Source: Lama glama
Lineage: Eukaryota
DNA: 64,000 nt
NCBI GenBank assembly: GCA_028534125.1
Contig: CM052817.1
Location: 3,536,001 to 3,600,000 of the forward strand
Reading direction: 5' to 3'
Shown here: positions 34,796 to 47,643 of the stretch, in pieces
Position numbering within the stretch: position 1 is the first letter of the stretch
How the letters are laid out: every line of letters begins with the position of its first letter
Made by a program: the position numbers and the translations under genes
Notes under the pieces: model-generated
Told to the model about the DNA's origin: nothing
Seen by the model: only the letters and a program-made list of their open reading frames with translations
The model's database searches: none

Positions 34796-37505
34796 GCCTG
34801 TCACACTGGAAACTCTTAGATATTCAGACTTCTAAACTGCAACTGCTAAAATGAAGAGCAATTTGGTGGAAGGGAAAAAGCACTAGACTAGGAGTCAGGA
34901 GACCCAGGTTCAAGTGTCAGCCTTCCACTGACTGACCTTGGAAAACTTAGAAAAATCCCTTTCCCTGTGGATACTGCTATTTTCATCCTTCTCCGCTAAA
35001 TGAGGTCTCATCCACTCAATCCAACCTTTATAGCCTCATACCCAGACACTTCTGCCCTACCCTCATCCTTCTGTGAACGCTGAACTTTGCCCACAACATT
35101 CCTAGTCAAAAATGCACTTCAGGGAGGTAGAACGTCCACTTAAAGCCAAGTGAAGAGGTTGGCAAATCCTCTCTCCAAAAATCAATTATGAAACTGCACA
35201 AATTGACAAAAATAACTATTTCCACACCCTGGAAGTCATCCAAGTGCATGCAACAACCTGAGAAGTGTTTATGCTCGAAAAGTTCTGAACTTTAGGTACA
35301 AACAGTGGGAGTCTGCAGCACTCTTGCCCAGAGCTGCTCCCACACCACATCCCAGCTGGACAGACACAGAGATTCTGTGAGGTAGGGCAGGCCATGAGGA
35401 CCAACAGCTGCAAAGCCACGGGTCAAGGGAAACTGCAGTTTGGACCACTGGATGATGATCATGCCCAGTAACATTAGGGTCAGTGGAAATTATCTTCTTG
35501 GACACTGTGTAGAATGACTGAGGCCATGTGCCACACTAAGGACCCAAGCCAGCCACGGCCTCTGAGCTGCCCCAAAGGCCATGCGTATGCACACAGGAAT
35601 CATGCAAGGCCTAGAGAAAAGTAAAAGCCAGGCAGACTTGAAAGTGCCTAGATTTTGAATGTGCTCCTGTGCACACAGGTCTTTGACAGAGGATACAAGG
35701 CTTACTAGCCCAGGGTGTTCCAGAATAACCTCTGATCAAATACTGGCTGACCTCCAAGCTATGCAGAAACAGGGGCACAAAGCCAGACTTAAAAATAAAA
35801 ATTGGAAATTAAAAAGAAAAAGCTGGCATCAGCAGCTGCACAGCAAGGACGACGTGCTTCCCAGGTTTAACCCAGGCGAGTTACCAAACAAACAAACAGA
35901 CGAACAGGCGCAACATAGCAACAACCTTCTAGGGGAATCAAAATCCAGAATTAATACAGTGTATAACCTAAAATGTCCATTTTCAACCAAAACAATTGTA
36001 AGAAATACAAAGAAACAGGAAAATATGACCAACATCCAAGGGTGGGCAGTCCTAAAGGGCTCCAGAAGTTGTATTTGGTAGTGAAAGACTTTAAAGCAGC
36101 TCTTATAAATATGATCAAACCATTAAAGGAAAGGAGGACAATAATAAATCAACAAATAGAGTCCCAACAAGAAGGAAGAAATAATGTAAAAGAACCAATG
36201 GCAGATTTGAGAGAGCAGAAGAACTGGTGAACCTGAAGACGGAGTAATGAAAATTATCAACATGAAGAAGAGAAAGAAACTAAATACTGAAGAAAAATGA
36301 ACAGAGCCTCAGAGACCTACAGAACAACACCAAGCACACCAATCCATGTGTAACGTGAGTCCCAGTGGAGAGGACAGAGAGAGCAGGGCTGAAAAAATAC
36401 TTGAGAAATAATGGCCAAGTTTTCAAGATGGATGAAAACCTTTAAACACCGAAGAAATGCAACAAACCCCAAGTAGGTTACATACAAAGAGACGTGCACC
36501 TAGGCACATCATAACCAACCTGCTGAAAGACAAAGAGAAAAGCATGAAAGAAACAAGAGAAAACCAACTTATCATGAATGCGTATGGGGAACAATAAGAT
36601 TAACAGGGAAAAAAACAGAGGACAGAGATTGTGCAATGACATATTCAGAATGCTAAAAGAAAAAAACACCTGCCACTAAGAATTCTATATCCAGCAAAAC
36701 TATCCTCCAAAAAAATGTAGATGAAATCAAAATATTCCCAGATAAACAAAGATTGATAGAATTCATTGCTAGCAGACTTGCCTTATGTAAAATACTGAAG
36801 GAATTCCCTCAGGTTGGAAGGAAATGATGCCTGATGGTAAATGAACTCCATTAGAAGAAATTAAAAGCACCAGAAATGGAAAATATGAGGGTTAATAGAA
36901 AATTCTCTATAAATACTCTCTTAATTTCTTTAAAAAACATACATAGTAATTATAATGCTGTATTGTTGGGTCTATAACATTAAAGGTGTAATATGTATGT
37001 GATAATCATCACACAAAAAGGGGGGAAGCTGAAGCTGTATCAGAGCAAAGTTTCCATATTTAATTGGAAGAAATTACTGTTAGTCTGAAGTAGACTGTAA
37101 CAAATTAAAATGTATTCTGCAGTCCCTAGAGCAAACGATAAGCACATTATTCAAAATACATAATTTTTTAAGAGGAATTAAAATGGGACATTAAAAATAT
37201 TTACTTAACACAGAAGAAAACAATAAAGGCAAAAGAGAAGACCCAACCAATAACAATCACAACAAGAGAGCCCACAAGAGAAACAGTAGAGAAAACAGCA
37301 AAATGGTCAATGTAATGAAACACATACAAGTCACGCTCTATGTGAATAGACTGAACACCCCAATCAAAGGGCAGGAATTGTCAGACAGCATAAATACACA
37401 AGATGCAACTACGTACTATCTACAAGAGACGTATCTTAGATTCAGTGACACAAATCGGTTGAAAGTAAAAGGATGAAACCAAGATATCCCATAAAAACAT
37501 AACCA

Positions 37506-38269
37506 CAGCTGTCAGAATGGCCATCATCAAAAAGTCTACAAATAACATATATTGGAGAGGATGTGGGGAAAAAAATCCCTCATGCACTGTTGGTGAGAAT
37601 GTAAATTGTTGCATTTTGAATAGTATTAAACAGTAAAATAGAAAAGCTAAAAATAGAACTACTATATGATCCAGCAATTCCACTTCTGGGTATATATATC
37701 CAGAAAAAATGAAAACTCTAATCTGAGAAGATACATGCACCCCAAAATGCAGCACTATCTAAAGTAGCCAACATACGAAAGCAACCCAAGTGCCCACCAA
37801 CAGACAACTGGCTTAAGAAGATGTGGTATATATACATATACGCAATGGAATGTTACTCAGTCATAAAAAAGAATGAAATACTGCCATTTGCAGCAATGTG
37901 GATGGACCTAGAGAATATTATACTTAGTGAAATAAGTCAGAGAAAGACAAATACTATATGACATTGCTTATATGTAGGATCTAAAAAATAATACAAATGA
38001 ACGTACACACAAAACAGAAACACTCACAGGCATAGGAAACAAACCCATGGTTACCAAAGGGAAGGGGTAAGGGGAGAGGGACAGATTGGGTACGGGGTTA
38101 ACAGATATAAATCACTATCTGTAAAACAGAGCATCAAGGAGTCACTGTATCGCACAGGGAATTACACCCACTATCCTGTAATCATCTTTAATGGAACATG
38201 ACCTGCATGCAGGTGTGCCTAAAACTAACACAATATTCTAAACAATTAGACTACAATAAAACAATAATA
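37506..38269 (+). mobile_element. Younger L1 3' end nested in the old L1
   Basis: gtcagaatggccatcatcaaaaagtctacaaataac... runs to an AATAAA/A-rich tail. It is flanked by ataacca at 37499-37505 and 38270-38276, and the host ORF2 resumes afterwards. Confidence 0.85.
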
Positions 38270-40999
38270 ATAACCATAAGAGAGCTGGGAGTGATTATTT
38301 TAATATCAAACAAAATACTCTAAGACAAGAAATATTACTAGAAACAAAGAGGGACACTTCATGACGATAACAGAGGCCACGGTATCAGGGAGGTGTAAAC
38401 ATTATAAGCCTATACACCCCTCAAAAACACACAAAACCAAAACTATCAAAATTGAAAGGAGAAATAAACAATTCAATAGTAGCTGAGATGTCACTAACCT
38501 ACTCTCAATAATTGGTAGAACACTAGAGTTTAAAACTCAGCAAGGACACAGAAGACTTGAACACACTACTGGCTGGCACAGTCTAACAGACCCAGTGACT
38601 TCAGGACACCCACTCTTTGCAAGCACACGTGCAATATTCTCCGACCATGTGCCAGGCCATAAAATAAGCCTCAGTAAATGTAAAAAGCCTGAAATCATAA
38701 AAGCCTGAACGATCCCTGGCCACAGTGGAATTAAATCAGGTATCAACAACAGAAAGCAATCTGTGAAAGCCCGAAATATTTCAATACTGAACAACACACT
38801 TCTAAATAACTCAACAGTCAAAGAAGCAATCACAAGGGAATGAGAAAATATTCTGAAACAGATGAAAACTCCCAACAATGTATGGAAATGTATGGCACAC
38901 AGCTGAAGCAGCGCTTACACGGGAACGCGTAACTCTAAATGCCAATGTGAGGGAAGAAAGGTCTCGAGTAACCTAAAGAGGCTGGAGGAAGAACCAGCAG
39001 AAGAAAGGAAACAGGAAAGACTAGCACAGAAGTAGAGGAAATAGAAAACAGAAGAGCAACAGAGAAAATCAATGAAACTAAAAGCTGGTTCTAAAAGGTA
39101 ACACAAATTGATAAACTTTCAGCTGGACAAAGTCAAAAAAAAAAGACACACAAATTACCAAAATCAAGCATGAAAAAGGAGATCATGACCAATCATACAG
39201 AAATTAATGCCAACAAATTTGACAACTGAGATAAATGGACACATTCCTAGAAATACACAAATTACCAAAATGGACTCAAGATGCAATATAAAATCTGAAT
39301 GGATACGCAACAAAGAAACTGAATTAACAATTTTAAATTGTCCCACAAGAAAAGCTCAGATCCACGTGGCTTCCCTGGTGAATTCCACCAAATATTTAAA
39401 GAAGAAACAATATCAAATCTTCACAAACTCTTTCAGAAAATACAGAAAGAGGGAACACTTTTCAACTCATTTATTCTGCAATTTTTCCCTTACTAAATTG
39501 ATACAAAAATCCTTAATAAAATATCAACAAACTGAATCCAGGAACATGTAAAAAGGATTCTACACCAAGACCCAGTGGGATTTACCCTAGGAATGCAAGG
39601 TTAATTCACATCCAAATATTAATTAATGTAATACCTCATATTAATAGAATAAAGAAAAAAAATCTCATGATTATCTCACGGGAAAAGCATTTGAAAAAAT
39701 TCAGCACCCACTGATAATAAAAACTCTCGATAAGGCAGAAATAAAAGTACACTTCCTCAGCTCGACAAAGGACCTCTACAAAAGTCCAGGGCTGACATCA
39801 TACTTAATGATGAAAACAAAAAAAACTTGAATGCTTTCCCCTGGAAGATCAGGAACAAGGCGAGGCTGTCTGCTCGTACCACTTCTATTCAACATTTTAC
39901 TGGCAGTTCTAACCAGAGCAACAAGACAAAGTAAATATTCGAAAGGGTCCAGATTCAAAATGAAAACATTAAACTGTCTTTATTCACAGATGACACAAGC
40001 CTTTGTGTGGAAAATCCCCAGAGATCCACAGAAACACTATTAGAACTAATAAACAAGGTTAGTGAGGCTGCACAATACAAGATCAATGCACAGAAACCAA
40101 CTGTATTTCTATATACCAGCAACAGACATTCCGAAAATGAAATTAAGGAAACAATTCCATTCACAATAGCATCAAAAAGAAAGTGCTTAGGAATTAATTT
40201 AACAAAAGAATGGCAAGACCTACACTGAAATCTACCAGACACTGCTGAGAGGGAGAAGTTAAACATGCTCTAAATAAACAGGAAAACATTCTATGTTCAT
40301 GGATTGGAAGACTCAATATTGTCGAGATGGTCATTCTCCACCAATTGAGTAATAAATCCAATGCAATCCCTATCAGCATCTCTTTTGTGGAAATTCGTAA
40401 GCTGATCCTAAATTTTATATGGAAATGCAAAAGACTTGGAATTGCCAAAACAACTTTTAAAACAAATAAAGGTAGAAGACTTATACCACCTGATTTCAAA
40501 CTTCCTATTAAGCCTCCGTGATCAAGACATTGGTGCATTCACGGAAGGACAGACGTACAGATCAATGGAACAGAATTAAGAGTCCAGAAATAAACACGTA
40601 TGTCTACAGGTAACTGATTTTTGCAAAGGTGCCAAGATAATTCAATGGGGTAAAGGACAGCCTTAAATCCAGAATATATGAAGAACTCTAAAACTTAAGA
40701 AGACCCCTCCCAAAATAAAGAGCAATTTAAACATGGACAAAAGCTTTGAACAGACATTCCACCAAAGAAGATGAGCCAACAGCTAATAAGCATGTAAAAA
40801 GATGTCCAACATCATTAGCCATTAGGGAAAGGCAAATTAAACCGCAGTGAGACCCTACCATACATCCAGTAAAATGGCCATCATGAAAAAGACAGAGTGA
40901 CAAGGACATAGAGAAACTAGAATGGCATACACTCTGGGGCGGAAATGCACGGTGACACAGCCACTTTAGGGAAAAAAGAAAAAAGAAGTTGATAGTTAC

Positions 41000-41215
41000 T
41001 TTTTTTTAACATTTTATTGAGTAATAGTCATTTTACAATGTTGTGTCAAATTCTAGTGTAGAGCACAATTTTTCAGTTATACACGAAGATACACTCATTG
41101 TCATATTTTTTTTTGCTGTGAGCCACCATAAGATCTTGTATATATTTCCCTGTGCTATACGGTAGAATCTTGTTTGTCTATTCTACAATTTTGAAATTCC
41201 AGTCTTTCTCTTCCT
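41000..41215 (-). mobile_element. Young L1 3' end nested antisense in the old L1
   Basis: TSD gaagttgatagtt at 40985-40997 and 41216-41228. Poly(T) and tttatt lie at the left end. Confidence 0.9.
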
Positions 41216-42039
41216 GAAGTTGATAGTTTCTTAAAAAGTTAACATCAACTTCGTACAAAGCACTCGATGCCCCGAGGCCTTACATCTTCACCTGTAAAAT
41301 GGGGACGGGGACAACAGCACCCACCTGATGGGCATGTGAGGGCAATTCCACTCCTAGGAATCCACCCAGGAGGAATAAAACACAAAGGATGTACGGGAGA
41401 GCTCACAGCGCCATCACGCATGGTCGCCCCAAGCCGGAAGCCATCCCAACGTCCCACCGCTGAGGGGCGGATAAGCAAAATGTGGTGGATTCAAACAAGG
41501 AGACGCTGTTTATCCACAAAAAGGAATGACTCTCCGATACACGCACGCTGCACCACGGACAAACCTCTAAGACCTCATGCCAAGTGCAAGAGCAGACTCC
41601 AAATACGCCGTGTTGGATGGTTCCACTTATTTGAATTATGCAGAAAAGCCACATTTATAGAAGCAGAAAGCAGACCAGTGGTTGCCAAGGGCTGGGGGTC
41701 GGGAGAGGGAGCGACAGCCAAGGGGCCCAGGCTGGGGTGGTAGCTGTTGCCCGAAGTTGGATTGGGGGTGACTGCACAAATCTATAAATGTACTGAAAGT
41801 CACCGAAATGTATGTTTGAAATGGTGGATTTTACGGTCCGTGAACTGTACTTCAATAAAGCTGGTTTTTTGGAAGAAAGAAATGTGCTCCGGGCTTTCCT
41901 CCTTCACTCGTCTAACTGCCATTTCTTGAGTGTTTACCCTGTGCGGCCTCTGCCGGCTCCTGGGCACCCAGGGTAAATTCTAGCACAAGTAGCTAACGAT
42001 GGCCGGAGGGGCACTGTGGGCGCAGATTCTCTTCCTTCG

Positions 42040-42190
42040 CCTCTTCAGCCCTCACCAGGTTGCTGTGGGTGGGACTGTTATCCTCGTCCCCATTTTATGG
42101 ATGGGGAGAGTAAGGCTCCAAGGGTGAGCGCTGTGCGAAGTAACCTGACAGCTGTTGGAGCCAAGGTTTGAACTCACGCTGCCTGCGTCT
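42040..42190 (-). mobile_element. MIR SINE
   Basis: cccattttatggatggggagagtaaggctcca...ggagccaaggtttgaactca. Confidence 0.7.
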
Positions 42191-42535
42191 CCACCTTAGA
42201 AGCTCACTGTCCTCACATGTTCCCCGTGTTCTGGTCCAGCTCAGCGCCACCAAGCCAGCCTAAAGCCTTCGCCCCAGGAGCTCGCCGCCACCCGTCTGGG
42301 TGACAGACCTTCCCTTGCTCCTCTGTACTTTGCTCACACCTCCCTAGCCCTGCAGTGTCTCCCCGCCTGCCCCTCCCCAGTTCCCCAGTTCCCAGCCACC
42401 ATTCAGGACCCGCCCTCATGTCCCTCCAGTACCGAGCCTCCTCCTCCTCCAGCACCTCCTCCTCCTCGGGGACACACCTCCTTGCCTTGGCCTGATTACT
42501 GGAGTGCCTTGAGGGCTGGTCTAGGAGGTGAGGTC

Positions 42536-42940
42536 TGTACTGAGTTGACTCGTGTCTCCCAGAAAGATCTGTCCAAGTCCGAACCCCCAGAACCTGTGAA
42601 AGTGAGCTTATTTGTAAGTAGGGTCTTTGCAGATGGAATCAGTTAAGCATCTTGAGATGAGATCGCCCTGGTGGGTCCTAAACCCAACACCCAATCTCCT
42701 TATAAGAGACAGAAAAGAAGAAGACACAGAGGGAAAGGCCATGCAAAGATGGAGGCAGAGATCGGAGTGGTATGTCTACAAGCCAAGAAGCACCGGGGAC
42801 TGCCAGAAACCAGCAGAGGCCAGGAGAAAGGCCTGCATCAGAGTCCCCCTCAGAGCGTCCAGAAGCAACCAACCCTGCCAACACCTCGATTTTGGAGTTC
42901 CGGCCCCTGAACTGTGTGACAACAGCTTCCTGTTGTTTTC
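42536..42940 (+). mobile_element. MLT1C/D-like LTR
   Basis: tgtactgagttgactcgtgtctccc...gatggaggcagagatcggagtg...ccaaccctgccaacacctcgatttt. Confidence 0.9.
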
Positions 42941-43644
42941 ACATGTGCAGCCTGCAGTCACTTTTGTCTGCATCACCAGCCCCAGTGCAGGGCTGGCCCC
43001 AGCGCAGGGCTGGCCCCAGCTGGATAAACCAGAAGCGTGTTTGAATCAAAACTTCACTGTCCCTCTGATTCTGCAGCGGGAGGTCCCTCGGTGAGAATGT
43101 CAGGGCTGTCTGAGGGATGGTTTTGTCTCTGCTGCTCCGTGATCCGCGGGACCCTGGCTGCACTGTTACTGCGAGCGCCTCGCCATTTCAGAGATGGAGG
43201 CTCTGGCATCACAGCAAAATCAGTACAAGGAAAAGGCCACTTAGAACCAGTCCTCTGAGAATGTCACGGCGAACTGGGGCTGGGAGTGCGGAGACACGTT
43301 AGGTTAAAGATGAGCGAACAAAGGAGATCAAAGTGGGTTCCCAGAGCAGCCTGGGTGCAGGGACGCAGGTGTGCTCAGTCGGAGAAACCACAGAGCTGTA
43401 TTCTCACGGTACCTGCCCTTCGCAGTGTGGGTATTTGCCTTCCATCAGATGTTTTACAAATGGAGCCAGGAATCGTGAACATAAGCTTATTTTGCCCTCT
43501 AGGGAGCAAAACTGTAGATATAATTGGAATAAAGCAGTGATTTTTAGGACCAGTCACGTAAAAGCCAAAGCTAGAAATAGGGCCTTTCCTGGTGTAATTT
43601 TTCCAACAAAGTTCTATGATAGCACAGCCCAACATCCTTCACCT

Positions 43645-43876
43645 GGTGTTTTCTGTGTCAACCTGACTGGGCCGCGTGATGCCCAGAGAGCAGGGAGAAC
43701 ATGACTTCTGGGCGTGAGAGAGGGTGTTTCCCGAGGCATTTGCAGCAGTGGGCAAGCAAGGCAGGTGCCCTCCCCCATGCAGGTGGGCCTCGTCCCGTCC
43801 ACCGAGGGCCCGAATAGAACACTAGGTGGAGGAGGGAGGAATTCACTCTCTGCCTGACGGTTGAGCTGGGACATCA
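43645..43876 (+). mobile_element. MLT2 (ERVL) LTR, 5' part
   Basis: tgtgtcaacctgactgggccgc...gagggcccgaatagaaca...ttgagctgggacatc. Confidence 0.85.
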
Positions 43877-46261
43877 ACAATGGGAGTGTCTGCCTGGAGC
43901 TGCCAGCTGAGACTAAGGCTTAATGGGAATCTGTGCCTGATCGATTAGTAATGTCTGCCATGGGCTAGGGAGTGTCAGCAGCGGTCCGGCATATCAATCC
44001 CAGCTTAAGGTGTTCTGCCTCCCAGGAACTCTAATAGGAGGATTTGAGAGTTGTATGTTCAAGGGTGGACTTTCTAGAACATGTATAATGGGAACAGCCT
44101 TTGGGACTTTCATAGAATGTGGGGACATGAACTGCAGAGTGATCTCCAGTTCCACGCAGAGCTCAGGTCTGCAGCGGAACCTTCCACCACCCTGCAGGAT
44201 GTCTGATCTTCCACGCTGAGTGGTGGGTGATTTTCCCAGCTCCCTTTCAGATCAGTGGAACCAGATGTGCTTTGCATGGAGAAAGGGCTGCAGGGCTGTC
44301 GCAGCGAGGCACCTTCAGTAACCACACGGACGTCTCGGTAGGTCCGCGTGCTGAGAGGTGGCTGATCGTATGACTGAGACACGTTTGTACTAAAAGTATT
44401 TTAAAAGCCCTTCTCTTGATTCATACCAGTTCAAGAATCCACTCTGTTAACTCTGTAAAATAAGAGACCGCCAACCTGCCTCAAGACAACCTGGAGTCCA
44501 GCTACGCCCCTGAACACTAGCCCTGAAATTATAGCCAGCACTGTTTCTGGTGTGGCTTATGTGTGAGCCACAGGCCAGCTCTTTCCATGGGTCACCCTCC
44601 TCCGTCCTGTGTGACAAGCATCATCACCCCGTTTCCCAGAAGAGGAAACTGAGGCTCCTGGAGGGACCTATTCAGGCTCCTGTTGCTAACTCATGGCAGA
44701 GCTGGGACTGAATCCTGCCTCTGTCTGACTCCAGAGCCGGAGGTCCTCACCCAGTGTCTGGAACCCCTCGAAGGAAGCTGAGTCAGTGGGAGGGGGTACA
44801 GCCACAGCGAGAAGGAGTCGGGCATTTTCCTTGGTTCTGGAATTCGTGTCCTCCCTGTGGAAGCTCTCCCTCTCTCCCAAAGGAATGAGCTTTCCCCTCT
44901 TCTTACTCTCCACATTTTTCTTTATATTGAGGTTATTTTGATGGCAAGCGACAGCGTCACAGCCGGAGCATGCAGCACGTGCAAAGGCACGGGGGTGCAA
45001 TGGGGTGTAACAGGTTTTGGAAGCTAGAAATGATATGGGGAAGGCGCTGCAGGAAGTGGGCAGGGGGCTGGAGAGGCGAGCTGGGCCGAGTTAGGAAGGG
45101 CTTCAGATCCTATTCCACAGGAGATGGGAGTCCCTGGGGGATTCTGAGAGGGTCACGCCCCTGTTGCCCTTCAGAAAGCGTCCTCTGCTGGCTGCTCAGC
45201 AGGCGGGTTGGTAAGTGATTCTGCTGAACTGCTAGCTCAGACTTCTCCAAGGACTGTCAGCCTCCAGGGCAATGCCAGGAGTAGATGGCCGCAGCTCACC
45301 CCCAGCAACACCCTGCGACCCAGACCTGGACTCGCCACCCTTCCCTTGGGCTTCCAGGCTTTCTTACCCTCAGGCAGCCTCTGTCCTCACTCTCCTCATT
45401 CAATGGTGATGTGAAAAATACAGGTAAAGAAAGCACACCCGGACATAAAATGGCATTTGCTTCCATTACAGAAAACAAACGAGGCCCCGGAATGCCAGGG
45501 GGCTTACACTGCAGAAATTCCAAGACTCCTTGGATGAATATGTGAACAATCATGTAACTTTGCACTTTTAAAATGCTTTAATCCAAGGGCTCAGGCCCTT
45601 TGAAAATCATGAATTTGATTCAGGGAACATCTACCAAACGCCTCCTCTTTAAGCTAAGAACTGGGAAATTCCAGAACCATCCAGGCATTCAGGAAAGACC
45701 CATAAGGTGCTATCTGGGGGCCTCACTCAGAGGGGTAGTGAAGAGGTTTCAACGAAAGGGCTTTTGCACAGGCATGGGCTGGGGTTGAGGGGCTGGGCTT
45801 TCCAGGGTCAACAGCAGGCAGTGTCACCACTCCCAGGTCTGAAGGGGCAGAAGGGGCTGGCTGGGGAGACAGTGAAATCTGTAGCCATGGGCAGGTCTCT
45901 GGATAGGAGAGCACAGCCACTGGAGAACCAAGTGCAGGCAGGGATGAACAGAGGAGCGATACCCCGGCCTCTCTCTCGCCTCGCCCTCCAGCCTCCTGCT
46001 GGTGCCTCCCATTGGCTGAGCACAACAGGAAGTCAGAGGCCAACCGCCTGGGTGGGCACATCCGTAGAGGCCAGCCCCTGGGGCGGGAACAGGGTTGGGA
46101 AGGGGGTGAGGGGGTCCCAGGGTGGCAAACAGACTAGGGCCTGCACGTGGGGAAGAATGCCCTTTCTTGGACACTCAGAGGTCCAAGGACTGCCGTTGGG
46201 CCTCACGACACCACTTAGGAGACAGATGTAACTCTTCCTGCCACTTTACAGTTGTGCAGGA

Positions 46262-46631
46262 TGTGCTGGCTGAATCGGGTCCCTCCAAAATCCACGCTGA
46301 AATCCTGAGCCCCAGGACCCCAGAGTGTGACTGCATTGGAAGACTGGGCCTTAAAAGAGGTGGTCAAAGCAAAATGAAGCCATGGGGGTGGGCCCGGGCG
46401 CAACACGACTGGTGTCCTCACGGGAAGGGGTTAGGACACAGACGCACACCGGGGCGGCCTCGGGAGGGCACAGGGAGAGCACAGCCGTCTACGCGCCGAG
46501 GAGAGAGGCCTCAAAGGAGCCCACCTGGATCTCCGACCTCTTGCCTCCCGGCTGTCGGGAGATGCGTTCCTGCTGTCTGAGCTGCCTGGGCTGTGGCACT
46601 TTGCTACGGTGGCCCCAGGAAATGTCCCACA
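46262..46631 (+). mobile_element. MLT1A/B-like LTR (unusually GC/CpG-rich)
   Basis: tgtgctggctgaatcgggtccctccaaaat...cagagtgtgactgcattgga...ctgtggcactttgctacggtggcccc. Confidence 0.88.
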
Positions 46632-47159
46632 GAGGAACTCGCCCAGAGCAGCACAGCAGAGAGCGGCGATCTGGGATCGCAGCCAGGTCTCGCCACCCCC
46701 CGCCCCTCCGCCTGCCACCATCACCTCCAACGTCAAGGGCCTGGTGTCCTTACTTCCTGCCAGACCCAGGGCGTCTCACTCCCCGTGTTCCATAAAACGC
46801 CCTGATTAGGAACAAAGTCTGATACCACTCACATGTAGCTGACGCTAAGCAGACACCCCTTATTTCTCTGGGGGCGATCCGACAGCAGCCTCCAACCCCC
46901 CAGCTCAGAATCCCTGGTGTCTGGGTGACCCTGAAACAGGAGTCGCCACTGAGGGCTTTTCCTTGGCCCACTGTGGCCCTTTTGCGAGTAAAAAGGTCTG
47001 TTCAGGGCCTCACCCACCAAGAGAGGGGGCGAGAGCGACCCCAGGAATCTGAGTTTGGGGCGTGTCTTCCTCTGTTCACCTTGATTTCGACTGAAGCACC
47101 CGGCCCAAGACTTCAATGAACATGAGGCTTTTTTTTTCCCCAAACCGTTCTATTGTGTA

Positions 47160-47643
47160 GTATTTATTAGTTTCCTGGGGCTGCTGTCGCAAAGAATTAC
47201 AAATCGAGTGGCTTACAGCACAGAAATGTACCGCCTCCCAGTTCTGGGGGTTCGAAGTTTCAGATCAGGCGTGGGAAGTTTGGGCTCAGGTGCCAGCAGG
47301 CCGGCTCCTTCTGAGCCTGCGACGGAGGATTTGCTCCAGGCCTCTCTCCTGGCGTCGGGGGGTTTGCTGGCTGTTCCTGGGGCTCCTTGGCCTGCAGATC
47401 TCTGCCTTCATTATCACATGGCATTCTCTGTGTGTGCGCACACGTGTGTGTGTGACCTGGTATCCAAAGGCTCCATTTTTATAAAGACGCGGTCGTGTTG
47501 GATCAGGACCCACCCTGAAGACCTCCCTTTAATTTGATGGTGTGTAAAGATCCTGCCTCCGGATGAGGCTACGCTCTCAGGTCCTGGAGTGAGGACACCA
47601 GCGCATGAATCTGCGGGGGGACCACGACTGAATCCACCACACA
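47160..47643 (-). mobile_element. MLT1 LTR
   Basis: tattagtttcctggggctgctgtcgcaaagaattacaaatcgagtggcttacagcacagaaatgta. Confidence 0.88.

Larger units (their letters stand above)
35110..41870 (+). mobile_element. Decayed near-full-length old L1 (L1M/L1MB-like) with ORF1/ORF2 remnants and nested insertions
   Basis: ORF2 peptides [21 protein letters not shown] and [20 protein letters not shown]...LGINLTKE. Many stops and frameshifts. 3' AATAAA at 41854-41859. Confidence 0.92.

Noticed and set aside
35110..41870. L1 as an active or domesticated element
   Set aside because: The ORFs are broken into short fragments and interrupted by nested insertions.
44010..44219. Peptide GGLSRTCIMGTAFGTFI faintly resembling the ROMO1 C-terminus
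   Set aside because: The similarity is short and weak at DNA level, with no poly(A) or TSD. It is not supportable as a pseudogene.
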